This document shows, one piece after another, positions 35,988 through 46,306 of a stretch of DNA of 64,000 nucleotides. Origin of the DNA: Candidatus Sungiibacteriota bacterium. Its GTDB lineage: Bacteria; Patescibacteriota; Minisyncoccia; Sungbacterales; HO2-52-23. Position 1 is the stretch's first letter. Every line of letters begins with the position of its first letter. The position numbers were made by a program, and so were the translations under genes. The notes under the pieces are model-generated. The model was not told where the DNA came from. It worked only from the letters and a program-made list of their open reading frames with translations, and searched no databases. Where the stretch lies: contig JACPYI010000002.1 in assembly GCA_016196115.1 (NCBI GenBank), positions 35,976 to 99,975 of the forward strand, written 5' to 3'.

Positions 35988-37028
35988 TTACTCCGGCATG
36001 ATGCCGCGCTTCTTTTTGTCCCAGTCGTCTATAAATTCGGCGAGGATAGCGGTGAGCGGTACGGCGAGGAGAATGCCCAGGAGGCCGCCGAGGCGGCCGC
36101 CGACAAGCAGGGCCATAACCACGATCAACGGGCTCAAGCCTACGACGCGCCGCATGACCACCGGGACAATGACGTGGCTCTCGGTTTGCTGCACCACTAC
36201 ATAGAGCAAAAGAGTTAACACGCCAAGTACGGGTGACTGCAAAAATGCGGTCGCCACGGCCGGGATTGCGGCAAGAATGGGTCCCGCAATCGGGATGATC
36301 TCAAAAATGCCGGCAAGAAGCGCGAAAAGGAATGCCTGTTTCACTCCGAGAAACGTGAGCCCGAAAAAGATAAACACGCCCACGATCGCCCCCAGCAGCA
36401 ACTGCGCCCGCAGCCACTTGCCCAGCTTGTGCTGCGAGCGCTCCCACAGGTTGATCACATACGCCTCATGCTTGAGCGGAGTTGCCAGGCGCAAAAACGC
36501 CTCGATGCCTTTCTCCTGCACCGCCAGATAAAACGACGAGACTACGATAAGCACAAAGGAAAAGATGCCGCCGAACACCGTTGCCGCGATGTCAAAAGGC
36601 CCTTGACCGAGCTTGCCGAAGTATTCGGAAGGAACTCTGAGCAGTGCGTCGGTATTGCTGGCAAAAAAAGACAAGAACGGGAGAGCTGATGTTTGTCTGA
36701 TGCCCGCGGTAATATTTTGCTCAAGCTGGGGATAGGTTGTTGAGAGCACGCGCAGCTCCTCGGCGAGAATCGGGAATATGAGATAAAAGAGCGAGACAAA
36801 AAACCCCGCGATCACCAGATATATCAGGATCGCTCCCAGAATCCGCGGTACACTGTTTTTTTTGAGCCACATGATTGCCGGCTCAACCGCTGACGCGATG
36901 ATCACCGCGCATAGCAAGGCCAACAGGATGTCATAGATGTAATATGCCAGCGCCAAGCCGAGAACAATCGCAAAAAAGCGGATCATGGTTCCGGTGGAGA
37001 TTGACCAAGATTGATGTGGTACAGGCAT
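35988..37028 (-). CDS. AI-2E family transporter (PerM-like)
   Basis: Eight-TM architecture and conserved AI-2E C-terminal region. Confidence 0.8.
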   Translation of the reverse strand: MPVPHQSWSISTGTMIRFFAIVLGLALAYYIYDILLALLCAVIIASAVEPAIMWLKKNSVPRILGAILIYLVIAGFFVSLFYLIFPILAEELRVLSTTYPQLEQNITAGIRQTSALPFLSFFASNTDALLRVPSEYFGKLGQGPFDIAATVFGGIFSFVLIVVSSFYLAVQEKGIEAFLRLATPLKHEAYVINLWERSQHKLGKWLRAQLLLGAIVGVFIFFGLTFLGVKQAFLFALLAGIFEIIPIAGPILAAIPAVATAFLQSPVLGVLTLLLYVVVQQTESHVIVPVVMRRVVGLSPLIVVMALLVGGRLGGLLGILLAVPLTAILAEFIDDWDKKKRGIMPE

Positions 37029-37045
37029 ATGAAAACTATACTCCT

Positions 37046-37082
37046 GTCATTCTCGCGGAAGCGGGAATCCAGAAAAATGACA
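37046..37082. repeat. double-hairpin repeat family, truncated copy E (H1 plus remnant of H2 end)
   Basis: gtcattCtcgcggaagcgggaatccag aaaaatgacaa. Lies immediately upstream of the AI-2E transporter start. Confidence 0.6.
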
Positions 37083-37091
37083 ACACAAGGG

Positions 37092-38366
37092 CTAAAACTC
37101 CCGAAGGATTTTCTCAAACGGAGCGGCATCCCTAAAAGGACCGATCATGGCGAGGTTTAGTTTTTCCGGACGGATGATATCTGCGGCTGCCTCGCAAATA
37201 TCTTGGGCGGTCACGGCATCGATTCTTGCAAAGACCTCGTCGATCGTGAGCGGCTTGCCGGTCACGATCTCCTCCATGCCCACAAACCCGGCAACGGCGT
37301 TGGACTGCTCAAGGGAGATCAGCGTAGTGCCGCGGATATAATCCTTGACCCGCTTCAATTCTACCTCGTCAATTGGCTTGGTGCAAATATTTTTGTATTC
37401 GTCAAGCGCCGCGCGGATTGTTTTCTCCACATTGGCATGATCCACCCCCGCGTACGTAATGAGATATCCGCGGTTTGAGTAGGACTCGTGGCTTGACCAG
37501 ACCGTATAGGCAAGGCCGAGTTTCTCGCGGATCCGGTCCCACATGCGCGAACTCCACGATCCGCCAAGCAGCGTGGCTAAAATCTCCGCAGCATAGCGCT
37601 TGGGGTGATTCGCGTCGTATCCGCGGAAGCCCAGCGCGATGTGCGTCTGATCCGTTTCTTTATATTCGATGAGCAGTTGCGGTTCGGTCTGTTGCTCCAC
37701 CACTACGGCCGGCTTCTTCCATTTTGGCGGGGCGTGGCGGATGTCAAAGAAGAGATTCTTTATTTTCTCAATGGTCTCCTGCTCGTCAAAATTACCCGCA
37801 ATCGAGATCACGGTATTTCCTGCAACGTATTGATTATTAAAATAGTTTACAAACTCTCCCTGCTTGAGTGTGCGTATGGTTTGTTCTTTGCCGATCACGT
37901 CAAGCCCTGCCGGCTGATCGCCGTAAAGCAAGTGCTCCCATACCCACCAGATATAGAGCGTGGGCGTGTCGCGGTCTTTGTGCAGTTCCTCCACAATCAC
38001 CTGCCGCTCGCGCTCGATCTCGTCCGGCGAGAGCAGCGAATTTTTATAAATGTCAGCCAAGAGATCAAGCGACTGGTCAAGATACGTCTTTCCGGCCTTG
38101 ATATGATAGCCCGTTACCTCGTGCGTGGTAAAGGCATTGGATATGGATCCCATGCCGTCGAGTTCGTGCGTGATGGACATGGGAGTGGGCCGGTTTTTCG
38201 TGCCCTTGAAAAACATGTGCTCCAGAAAGTGCGACACGCCGCCGATCTCGGGGGATTCGTAGTCCGACCCGGTGCCGCACAATACCAAAATCGTCACCGT
38301 ATTGGTGCCGCTCATCGGAGCCGTCATAATCCGCAATCCGTTCTCAAGCGTTGTTTTTTTGAACAT
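37092..38366 (-). CDS. M16 family zinc peptidase (insulinase/pitrilysin-like)
   Basis: HFLEHMFFKGT inverted zincin motif HxxEH. Confidence 0.85.
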   Translation of the reverse strand: MFKKTTLENGLRIMTAPMSGTNTVTILVLCGTGSDYESPEIGGVSHFLEHMFFKGTKNRPTPMSITHELDGMGSISNAFTTHEVTGYHIKAGKTYLDQSLDLLADIYKNSLLSPDEIERERQVIVEELHKDRDTPTLYIWWVWEHLLYGDQPAGLDVIGKEQTIRTLKQGEFVNYFNNQYVAGNTVISIAGNFDEQETIEKIKNLFFDIRHAPPKWKKPAVVVEQQTEPQLLIEYKETDQTHIALGFRGYDANHPKRYAAEILATLLGGSWSSRMWDRIREKLGLAYTVWSSHESYSNRGYLITYAGVDHANVEKTIRAALDEYKNICTKPIDEVELKRVKDYIRGTTLISLEQSNAVAGFVGMEEIVTGKPLTIDEVFARIDAVTAQDICEAAADIIRPEKLNLAMIGPFRDAAPFEKILREF

Positions 38367-38390
38367 GATTTGGAATCAACATTCGTAACA

Positions 38391-39716
38391 TCACCTCTCC
38401 TGAATTTTTTGAAGAAAGGCGGAAATTTCAGCAATTTTTATCCTTTCCTGCTGTGCCGTATCCCGGTCACGCACAGTCACGGTATCGTCTTCGAGCGTCT
38501 GGAAGTCCACCGTGATACACCATGGCGTGCCGATCTCGTCTTGCGCATAATAGCGCTTGCCGATGTTGCCGCGATCATCCCATGCGACCACGAAATCTTT
38601 CTTGAGATCATTATAGACCGATTTTGCTTTCTCGACAAGTTGCGGCTTGTTGGCCAATAACGGAAACACGGCGGCTTTGTAGGGCGCCAGCCGCGGATGG
38701 AGTTTCAATATTTTTCTTTCTCCGTCTTCATGATACGCATCGAGCAAAAAGAATAGGATCGCACGATCCACGCCACCGGATGTCTCAATCACCCATGGGA
38801 CATAGCGCTCTTTTCGCTCTTCATCGTAATAACTCAAGTCCTGGCCCGAGAACTGTGCGTGTCGCGAAAGATCCCAATCGCCGCGATGATGGATTCCCTC
38901 CATTTCTTTCCAGCCGCCAAAGGGCGAATCGTATTCAATGTCCCAAGCCGCACGAGCATAATGCGCGCGTTCATCCTTCTCATGCTCGCGAAAGCACAGA
39001 CGCTTTGGATCCATACCGAGTGATGCATACCAGCGCATCCGTTCTTGTTTCCAGTATTCAAAGATTTCTCCGGCTTCGCGTTCCTCCGGCTTCACGTAGT
39101 ACTGAAGTTCCATCTGCTCAAACTCGCGGAGCCGAAAAAGAAAATTGCCAGGCGTGATCTCGTTGCGAAACGCCTTGCCAATCTGCACCACGCCAAAGGG
39201 AAGTTTGCGGTGCGTTGAATCAAGCACATTTTTGAAATTCACATGCACTCCCTGTGTGATTTCTCCGCGAAGATACACGGTGGTTTTTTCGCCTTCCACC
39301 GCGCCAAGCTTTGCTTCAACCAACAAATTAAACTGCCGCGGTTCGGTCCAGGAAACCGGTTCTTTCTTCTTTTTGTGCGCTTTCGCGTGCTCCTCTATCT
39401 CTTCCGAATGATCCGCACGTATTCGCTCATGGCACGTCTTACACTCCACCAACGGATCGGTAAACGCGCTCGTATGCCCCGATGCTTCCCATGCTTTGGG
39501 ATTCATGATGATTGCCGCATCCAAACCCACCGTGTCTTGCCGGTCATACACCATAGCGCGCCAGAATTCTTTTTTGAGATTATTCTTCATCTCCACTCCC
39601 AGCGGCCCGTAATCATACGTACCCGCAAGGCCGCCGTAAATCTCTGATCCGGGAAAAATAAAACCACGCCGCTTGGCCAGCGATACGATTTTCTCCATGA
39701 GCGACGCGGATTCCAT
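38391..39716 (-). CDS. glyQS: glycyl-tRNA synthetase, alpha2 dimeric type
   Basis: N-terminal FIFPGSEIYGGLAGTYDYGPLG and class II motifs. Confidence 0.9.
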   Translation of the reverse strand: MESASLMEKIVSLAKRRGFIFPGSEIYGGLAGTYDYGPLGVEMKNNLKKEFWRAMVYDRQDTVGLDAAIIMNPKAWEASGHTSAFTDPLVECKTCHERIRADHSEEIEEHAKAHKKKKEPVSWTEPRQFNLLVEAKLGAVEGEKTTVYLRGEITQGVHVNFKNVLDSTHRKLPFGVVQIGKAFRNEITPGNFLFRLREFEQMELQYYVKPEEREAGEIFEYWKQERMRWYASLGMDPKRLCFREHEKDERAHYARAAWDIEYDSPFGGWKEMEGIHHRGDWDLSRHAQFSGQDLSYYDEERKERYVPWVIETSGGVDRAILFFLLDAYHEDGERKILKLHPRLAPYKAAVFPLLANKPQLVEKAKSVYNDLKKDFVVAWDDRGNIGKRYYAQDEIGTPWCITVDFQTLEDDTVTVRDRDTAQQERIKIAEISAFLQKIQER

Positions 39717-39761
39717 GCGCCCACTATAGCAGAAACGAGAGAAAAATCAAAATGACGGGGA

Positions 39762-40325
39762 TCAGAAATTTTTTATAACATAGAGTCCGGAATTAAATCC
39801 GCTTACACCGGGACAAGCATTTGTTATCCCATCATACCAAATCCATATTTTTGCCGGACAGATTACGGTAGAAGTGTTCTCAAGTACGACCATGAGCCAG
39901 TATTTTTGATTTGTGCTGCCCGGTGCCCATACTGTGCCTGCGGCATAATGATAGGGCCAAGATCCTGACGCATATGGTGTAGGATTGTGAGGCATGGAGG
40001 GCAAGAATGGCGTAAGCCCCGGTATCCAGTTCTCAATCGGCGTTACACTGGTGTCGCTTCTCATATCTCGACACCACTGATCATCAAGGTCATTAAGACC
40101 GGGATTGCATGCGCCGCTTATAAACGGATATGCGTTATTGCTGTCGTAGTAAAATTCAAGCGCGGTTTGAAGCTGTCCGAAATCTGCAATTCTTCGCGTA
40201 TCCCGTGCTTTTGATCGAGCGCTGTTCAAAGACGCCAAAACGATACTTGCAAGAAGTGAGATGATGGAAATAACCACGAGCAGCTCAATAAGAGTAAAGC
40301 CTCTATGAGTTTTTAGGTGGCGCAT
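39762..40325 (-). CDS. type IV pilin-like protein (prepilin-type N-terminal cleavage/methylation domain)
   Basis: GFTLIELLVVISIISLLASIVLASL N-terminal signature. Confidence 0.75.
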   Translation of the reverse strand: MRHLKTHRGFTLIELLVVISIISLLASIVLASLNSARSKARDTRRIADFGQLQTALEFYYDSNNAYPFISGACNPGLNDLDDQWCRDMRSDTSVTPIENWIPGLTPFLPSMPHNPTPYASGSWPYHYAAGTVWAPGSTNQKYWLMVVLENTSTVICPAKIWIWYDGITNACPGVSGFNSGLYVIKNF

Positions 40326-40342
40326 AACATTTTAATTTTTAT

Positions 40343-40609
40343 CTATTGACCCGTACCAAGCGGAGGATGAAGCGGGGATGGGGATGATGAGAAACCGAAT
40401 GCTCCCAAAAATACGAGGATTGCCGTGAGCAAGATTATCCCGGCTGCCGCCAGTAGTATGTAGCTTGCCTGTCTGGTATTTTGAATTCTCCCGCCGGAGA
40501 GACGCATGACCAGACGGATGAAAAATCCGTACTCTTGATACGGTCGCCTTTGCGGGGCTGCGCGTACCGGTTGCGGATTTTGTTTTTCATATTCTCCAAG
40601 AAGATCCAT
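40343..40609 (-). CDS. small hypothetical membrane protein
   Basis: 88 aa with a single TM segment (ILLAAAGIILLTAILVFLGAF). Confidence 0.3.
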   Translation of the reverse strand: MDLLGEYEKQNPQPVRAAPQRRPYQEYGFFIRLVMRLSGGRIQNTRQASYILLAAAGIILLTAILVFLGAFGFSSSPSPLHPPLGTGQ

Positions 40610-40664
40610 ACGTTGTTTATCATAACACCCCCCCCGCGGAGCGCAAGAAGTTTATCCACAGGCC

Positions 40665-42621
40665 CTATTTCACCAGCCATTCTTTTGGGTTGGCCGGGGT
40701 GTCGTTTTTGAGTTCGATGGTCAGGGAACCGATGTGTTGCTCGACCGGTTGCCCGGTGAAACTATCGATGCCGATCAGTTTGACATCTCTGACCAGTTCG
40801 ATAATCTTTCCGCGGTCGAACTCCGACGGCGTGATGGATGCCTGGAAGGCGGCGGTAAGCGCGGGCGAAAAGATACCGGTGCCGGCGGGTATCTCCCCGA
40901 TGTTCCATATCAGATCCTGGGTACCGCGATCAAACGTCATTCGGGCGCTTTGCGGAAATGTTTTTTCTTCCCAATGCACATGGCTCGGCAGTGTAGTGCT
41001 TACCACGACATTCTGCAGCGTATTGGAAAAACTTCGCGCCTCGAGCAGGATTGTATACGTCGTTTTCTTGCCGACTTCCGGCGGCAGCGGTCCGCTGTTC
41101 AAAATCGGAGACGCGTGATACACGGCTCTGCCCGCAAACACGACATGCGAGCGTACTTTGAGGCGCAGCGCGTCGTTCGCGGTCAGATCAGTCCCGGCGA
41201 GTTCGCTTGGCTGCTCGCCTGCTTCAATGTGCGCGCTTATTCCGGCAGCCAGATTTTTTTCGCCGGCATTGCGAAGTATGGGTGTCTTTCGCAAATCCAC
41301 GAGGATGCTCACCTGGCCGCCCTGCCCCGGGGCAAGCTCGCGAAGCCCGGTCACGTTTGCCGGCGCCCAGATCAGGGTGCGGGTCTGGCCGTCATAGATC
41401 CCTGCATCCTGAATCCGCAGCGACGGAAAATCATATATCCGATACTCACCGCGCTCGAATCGCGTCAGCGTATCCAATGCTCCCGATGCGTTAAAAAATT
41501 CTTCAAGCGACGCGCGGATCGTGATATTTTTGAGCAGCGACAACGTATTATTCCGATATCGCAGGGTGAATGCCACACTGTCGCCTTCTCCGACCACGCC
41601 CTCGCGTTTGTCATTGAAAAACGCCTGAACGGAAAGCGGCGCCGCGGCAATGCGTGTCTCCGAACTGGCCTCGCTGTAGATCATAAACTCTTCATTCGCT
41701 CCATTGAATACGCCAAGCATGCCGTGGAATGCCTTGATGTCGCCGTCCTGCCCCGAGAGGGTACCGTGGATCGTGATGTCGCCGCCGGCTCCGGGCGAAA
41801 GCGTACCGAGATCCCAGAGCATCGTGTCTTTGGCCGGCGCGGGATCGGCGGAAGCGAACGAGAAGCCGTCCGGATACTCGAGCCGGAGCGACATGTGCTC
41901 GAATGGAAGCCGGGCACTGGACACATAATGCACTTTTACGTCTACGTTCTGCCCGCGGCTCACGGTCTGGGGCACTTCCCACGAGACCGCCAGGGGCACG
42001 CTTGCGACCAGAAGCGTTTCCGCGGCACGGGTCGTAAAGCGCGCCTGGAGATTTTGCGGGCGGTACAGAAGCACCGCTTCTATGTTTTTCTGGTCCCCTT
42101 CTTTGCCGAAGATCCGGGTGGTGATTTCGACGACGCGTTCCTCGTCCGGCTTGAGATCGTCAAGTTTTTCAACGAACCGCGACGGCACCACCGTTTCCTG
42201 GTTGCCCTGTTGGATCACGGACCCGGGAGGCAGCACGAGTGCCAATTCAACATCCTGCACGGTCGTATGAGACGTGTTATGCATGCTGACCGGAATCGTG
42301 CGCGCCTCGCCCGATATGAGCGGCCCCTGATCATGCAAAGCCAAGCGTACCTCTTGCCCGCGCGTGCCAAGATACAGGAATAAAAACGTTGCCATACCAA
42401 TGATCAGAACCAATATGAATCCGCCCAGAATAGGCCAGAAAAGCTTGCGCTCAAAAAGGCTCTGTTTTTGGACCGGAGGCGCGTATCCGGGCTCCTCCCA
42501 TGAGGCCTGCGGGCGGCGCATGGTCTCGGGAAAATGCTCGCGATATTGCATCCGCCTCTTCAACTCTTCATCCGAACCCGACTCGTATAATTTTTTTTGC
42601 AAATCTTCGACTTTGGTCATA
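40665..42621 (-). CDS. large membrane-anchored hypothetical protein with repeated beta-sandwich (DUF11/CARDB-like) modules
   Basis: N-terminal TM helix then about 550 aa of repetitive extracellular sequence. The start is taken at MTKVEDLQKK, because the longer listed ORF would run into the upstream hairpin element. Confidence 0.55.
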
Positions 42622-42643
42622 CACCTTAACTTATTTTTACCAA

Positions 42644-42712
42644 GCAAGAAAGGCAAGTGCTTTAAGCGGCTTAGCGTACTCGCGTCAAAGCGTAAGCACT
42701 TGCCTTTCTTGC
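42644..42712. repeat. long perfect hairpin (19-bp stem, 31-nt loop) between recO stop and the next gene start
   Basis: gcaagaaaggcaagtgctt ... aagcacttgcctttcttgc. Confidence 0.6.
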
Positions 42713-42716
42713 TCCT

Positions 42717-43163
42717 CTACAAATGTAATCCCAGAAACGGCGCGAAACGATCCGCAAACCTCCGGAACACTTCTTCTGAAAATTCCCGTTCATCGAGCAG
42801 CAGCATGCTTTCAAGCAAAAGCTCCCACAGCGCGGCGTCTTTTTGTCCGGGAAACGAGCGTTCGTTCATGAGCGCCGCAATCCGGAGCGCCGCAAAGAGC
42901 TTTTCGGGATTTTGCCGCATGCCCTCCCAAAACCGCGTCATGGTCGCATGCGTCAGGCGCTCGCCGCGCTTGCCTAAAACAAATGTCACGCGCACCATGC
43001 TTAATGGCTCAAGATGGCCCTTGAGCTTCGCGCCTTCCTTTTTTACGCTTTGCGCCCGGCCGCGGATTTTCCCGAATTCTTTGGTATAAATGTCGTACAG
43101 CGCGTCATATTCGCCGTATGAAGTTTTATTCAATACGATTCCTTCTGTGGTGTGATATTCCAT
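42717..43163 (-). CDS. recO: DNA repair protein RecO, N-terminal OB-fold domain only
   Basis: EGIVLNKTSYGEYDALYDIYTKEFGKIRGRAQSVKK matches the RecO N-domain. At 148 aa it lacks the C-terminal Zn-finger domain. Confidence 0.65.
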   Translation of the reverse strand: MEYHTTEGIVLNKTSYGEYDALYDIYTKEFGKIRGRAQSVKKEGAKLKGHLEPLSMVRVTFVLGKRGERLTHATMTRFWEGMRQNPEKLFAALRIAALMNERSFPGQKDAALWELLLESMLLLDEREFSEEVFRRFADRFAPFLGLHL

Positions 43164-43170
43164 TCAGCAT

Positions 43171-43237
43171 GTCATTCCCGACTTGATCGGGAATCCAGTT
43201 CTTTACCATTCCGGATTCCCGCTTTCGCGGGAATGAC
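43171..43237. repeat. double-hairpin repeat family, copy B, 7 nt upstream of recO ATG
   Basis: gtcattcccgacttgatcgggaatccag ttctttaccattc cggattcccgctttcgcgggaatgac. Confidence 0.7.
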
Positions 43238-43249
43238 GCCAATACGCTT

Positions 43250-43675
43250 TTATTTTCCTCCCACCACATGCAGCGTACCCACCATGTCGAAGTGCGTGCG
43301 CTTATGGCCGTCTACCACTCCCTCTCCGCACGGCACCGAACAGTAGAACGGAAAGTCGCCCTCCTGGGTTACGACAAATTCGACTTTGATGGTCTGGCCC
43401 GCAGGCATCCGCTGCGAGATGCCGAACGCGTCAATCGCAAACCCGTGATCGTAGTCGTCCTCGTTGATGATCGTTGCCACGATCCTGTCTCCGCGCTGGG
43501 CCTCGATGGCCTCCGGCTCAAACTGCCAGTGATTTTGCTTCGCGCGAATGGTGATTTCCCGCACCTTGCCCGTGGTCACCGGAACCGACTTTTGCGGCAG
43601 CAAAAACACGCGATACCCGACGCCGCCCGCCAGGATCAGCACGGCAATAATAATTAAAACAAGATATTTATTCAT
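43250..43675 (-). CDS. membrane-anchored cupredoxin-like protein with CuA/CoxII-type ligand pattern
   Basis: N-terminal TM. HGFAID...FYCSVPCGEGVVDGHKRTHFDM gives the H...C..C...H..M arrangement of CuA-type cupredoxins. Confidence 0.55.
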   Translation of the reverse strand: MNKYLVLIIIAVLILAGGVGYRVFLLPQKSVPVTTGKVREITIRAKQNHWQFEPEAIEAQRGDRIVATIINEDDYDHGFAIDAFGISQRMPAGQTIKVEFVVTQEGDFPFYCSVPCGEGVVDGHKRTHFDMVGTLHVVGGK

Positions 43676-43678
43676 GGG

Positions 43679-44848
43679 TCAGGGGCTCGGGTTTACTTTT
43701 AAAAAATTCTTTACTCCCCAACTGAGAAGCAAAATGGATCCGAGAGACGCAAGGAACAGGACGATTTTAGGATTCTGGCCGGGCGCCTTGTCTTCTACCT
43801 TGATCCAAAAACTTGCGGTGAGCGCTTTGTCCGGCGGCAGATTAATTCCTTGCGGACGGAACTCGGCAAACGTCTTGTAGAGCCCGGCCTCAGGGAAAAC
43901 TACTCGAAACTGAATTCCGTGATCGGCGGCGTCCGACCCGGCGATATTTTCTTCCTCTCCATGCGCCTGCGCAACCTCAAGGATGCGAAATCCTTTTTTA
44001 TCATACATCATATGTCCGGCTCCTTCAGGATGCGTATGAATAAACTGCTTCCAGTCGTCTTTGATGAGCGTCAAATGCATTGGAGCGCCAAGATAGTTCT
44101 CTGTATTGACTTCTTTTCCGTCTTTCGTATGAATCTCCAGAAACAGGCGCGTCTCGCCGTCTTTTACCGCAGGGTCCTGTATATTCAGATTTACTTCATA
44201 GGCACCGACCTCAGCCGTGCGGCTAAACGAAACAGATTTTGAAAAACGCTCGCCCACCCCCCCTACCTCAATCGGCTCCTGCCCAAAGGAGTCGTTCATC
44301 CCATCTTTTTTGACTTCAGACCAGATTTTATACCGTCCCGGCTTTTCAAAAACATGCACGATCGTGAACATGCCCGATGTCGCAGCCGGCACCGGATGAA
44401 TATGAAAGAATTCATTCATATCGTCCCGGATGCCGATCACATGCATCAGTTTCGTGTGTTCGATTTCAAGTGCGTCCGCGGGAACCGGCGTGCCCTCGGG
44501 TTTTTGATTGACATAAAAATTCAAATGAGTTCTCGTGCCGGTCGCGCCAAAAAGCGGGTGCCCTTCCGGTGGCCATGCATCATAGGACAAGTCAACACTC
44601 AATCCGCTTTTGATATCGGCGACTTCATGATATGTGCTGTCTTCATGCCCGTCGTGTTCTTCTCCCATCATCGCGTCGTGCGCATCGGGCATGGCATCCA
44701 TATGCGCATGAACGTCGGTCAGGGCATTGTACTGAAACCGCATCGGCACATACCAGCCGAACATCACGATTAAGAGACAAGTGAACGTAACGGAAAACCA
44801 AAACCGCCACGGCAGGATTTGCTGTTCGATTTTTTTATCTTCGTCCAT
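43679..44848 (-). CDS. His-rich membrane protein with two internally repeated (cupredoxin/YtkA-like) domains, putative metal binding
   Basis: N- and C-terminal TM segments. Repeated motifs FFHIHP/FIHTHPEG, MHVIG/MHLTL, and an N-terminal HAHMDAMPDAHDAMMGEEHDGHED His/Asp-rich stretch. Confidence 0.45.
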   Translation of the reverse strand: MDEDKKIEQQILPWRFWFSVTFTCLLIVMFGWYVPMRFQYNALTDVHAHMDAMPDAHDAMMGEEHDGHEDSTYHEVADIKSGLSVDLSYDAWPPEGHPLFGATGTRTHLNFYVNQKPEGTPVPADALEIEHTKLMHVIGIRDDMNEFFHIHPVPAATSGMFTIVHVFEKPGRYKIWSEVKKDGMNDSFGQEPIEVGGVGERFSKSVSFSRTAEVGAYEVNLNIQDPAVKDGETRLFLEIHTKDGKEVNTENYLGAPMHLTLIKDDWKQFIHTHPEGAGHMMYDKKGFRILEVAQAHGEEENIAGSDAADHGIQFRVVFPEAGLYKTFAEFRPQGINLPPDKALTASFWIKVEDKAPGQNPKIVLFLASLGSILLLSWGVKNFLKVNPSP

Positions 44849-45918
44849 TATAAAGATTCACGTTTCTTTTTAACATAATACCACCAAATCGGAAAAATCC
44901 AAAGCGCGATCAGCACCCAAGTGCCAAGCCGGAGCGGCAACCCGAAAAGTCCCGTCTGCCCCGCGAGTTCGGCAATGCCATGGCTATGCGGAATGCCTGC
45001 AAAGTGGAAATTATTGATGATGCGCCCCAGAAAATATTCCTCCTGCGTAAATTCTTCAAGCAGCGAATGCTGTCCGGAATACACCCACCACGCGTGGCTG
45101 AACAGCCCCAGCACGAGGATAAACCCGGCCACAAACACCATGCCCCATCCGGTCGCGCGCTCGATCTTGTCTTTGCGCGCTACGAGCCACGAGAGTCCGT
45201 TCACGCCCATGATCGCGAGTATCGCAAGAAACAGCAGCGGAAGAACCCGCCCGATCGCGTGCACGAAAAACAACAGCCACCCGTAAAAAATGCTGCCCGA
45301 CACCGCGATGCGCCCGAGAATAAACGGCGTTGCCGGATGCGGACATCCCACGCCCACATTGCCCAGGAAAAGCCCGAGCGCCAGCGCTTTGATATAATCC
45401 TGCTGTTTCTGGATGAACGCCGGAGCCGAGCCGGTGTAGGTCGGCATGTGCGCGTTGATCAGGCCGAGCTCGCCCAAGGCAAAAAGATACGCGAGAACGC
45501 CCGCAACAAAATACAGCCAGTTTTTTACTACCTCAAGCGGCGCGCCAAGCGTGCCGATCGCCACCTTGCCGATTACGGCCGCCGCCACTCCGTACAAGCT
45601 TAACGTGATGGTGACTCCGAGGCCAAAAAAAATAGCAACGCCCAGTCCCTTAACTGCTCCTTTACCCATGGAGAGCGGCACGATTACGAACGCGAGCGGC
45701 AAAGTGCAGGGCAGCACGATCATGGTAAGCCCGGCCGCAAAACTGAACACGTACCATCCGAACCCGATCGTGGATCCGGCCGCCTCAAGCCCACTGCCCA
45801 CATTGAGCGTGGTCGTAAAAAACCAAACCAGCCCGCCCGCGATCACCGCGAGCAGCACCGTCCCGAACCCCGCGAGCAAAATCTTAGCTTTGTGCGTTGT
45901 CTGTGCCTGTTCCATAAT
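44848..45918 (-). CDS. CcdA/DsbD-family transmembrane thiol-disulfide electron transporter
   Basis: Polytopic. Cys in TM1 (VLPCTLP) and a second conserved Cys (VGCPHP), as in the cytochrome c biogenesis CcdA/DsbD_2 family. Start taken at MEQAQ. Confidence 0.65.
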   Translation of the reverse strand: MMEQAQTTHKAKILLAGFGTVLLAVIAGGLVWFFTTTLNVGSGLEAAGSTIGFGWYVFSFAAGLTMIVLPCTLPLAFVIVPLSMGKGAVKGLGVAIFFGLGVTITLSLYGVAAAVIGKVAIGTLGAPLEVVKNWLYFVAGVLAYLFALGELGLINAHMPTYTGSAPAFIQKQQDYIKALALGLFLGNVGVGCPHPATPFILGRIAVSGSIFYGWLLFFVHAIGRVLPLLFLAILAIMGVNGLSWLVARKDKIERATGWGMVFVAGFILVLGLFSHAWWVYSGQHSLLEEFTQEEYFLGRIINNFHFAGIPHSHGIAELAGQTGLFGLPLRLGTWVLIALWIFPIWWYYVKKKRESL

Positions 45919-46291
45919 GCGACCTCTGCATAAAAAAGAGCGCCAGCGCCGCTCCAAGCAATCCAATATCGCGAAACGTGATGCGGTCAATTCCGACAAA
46001 AAGCAGTATGAACGCCATTTCTAATGTGGCGAGTAGGGCGGCGATACGCACGCCCCGCGCGCCGAAAAACCGCGCGATCAGCACAAGCGCCAAAATAAAT
46101 TCTCCCGTCGCCTGGACTTTCAGAAAAATGTCCAATGGCATTACCGGCGTGATCAGATGAAAAAGCCATGGGGAAACATAGCTCTTCCATTGCTGGGTGT
46201 TATAAAAAATATCGTAGCTGGAATACAGATATACGAGACCAAGACCGAGACGAAGCATCCATTCGGGAAGTTTTTGTTGAAGAGAACTCAT
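45884..46291 (-). CDS. DoxX family membrane protein
   Basis: 135 aa four-TM protein with a DoxX-like profile (LRLGLGLVYLYSSYD...). Confidence 0.7.
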   Translation of the reverse strand: MSSLQQKLPEWMLRLGLGLVYLYSSYDIFYNTQQWKSYVSPWLFHLITPVMPLDIFLKVQATGEFILALVLIARFFGARGVRIAALLATLEMAFILLFVGIDRITFRDIGLLGAALALFFMQRSHYGTGTDNAQS

Positions 46292-46306
46292 AAATTTCTC
46301 TATTCA

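Noticed and set aside
40734-42383. 549-aa plus-strand ORF, plus many other long antisense ORFs (for example 1898-2530, 7439-7822, 9663-10169, 23401-24282, 30997-32475, 37605-38660, 44980-45603, 50604-51764)
   Set aside because: Each lies entirely inside, and antisense to, a gene with strong conserved-family signatures (DUF11-like protein, nuclease, murG, murD, folD, leuS, M16 peptidase, ccdA, murC). They are shadow ORFs typical of moderately GC-rich sequence. No RBS and no homology.
42622-42656. Longer N-terminal extension (MPFLLGKNKLRC...) of the 651-aa membrane protein
   Set aside because: The extension is translated from the hairpin repeat at 42644-42712. The downstream ATG at 42621 gives a sensible N-terminus.
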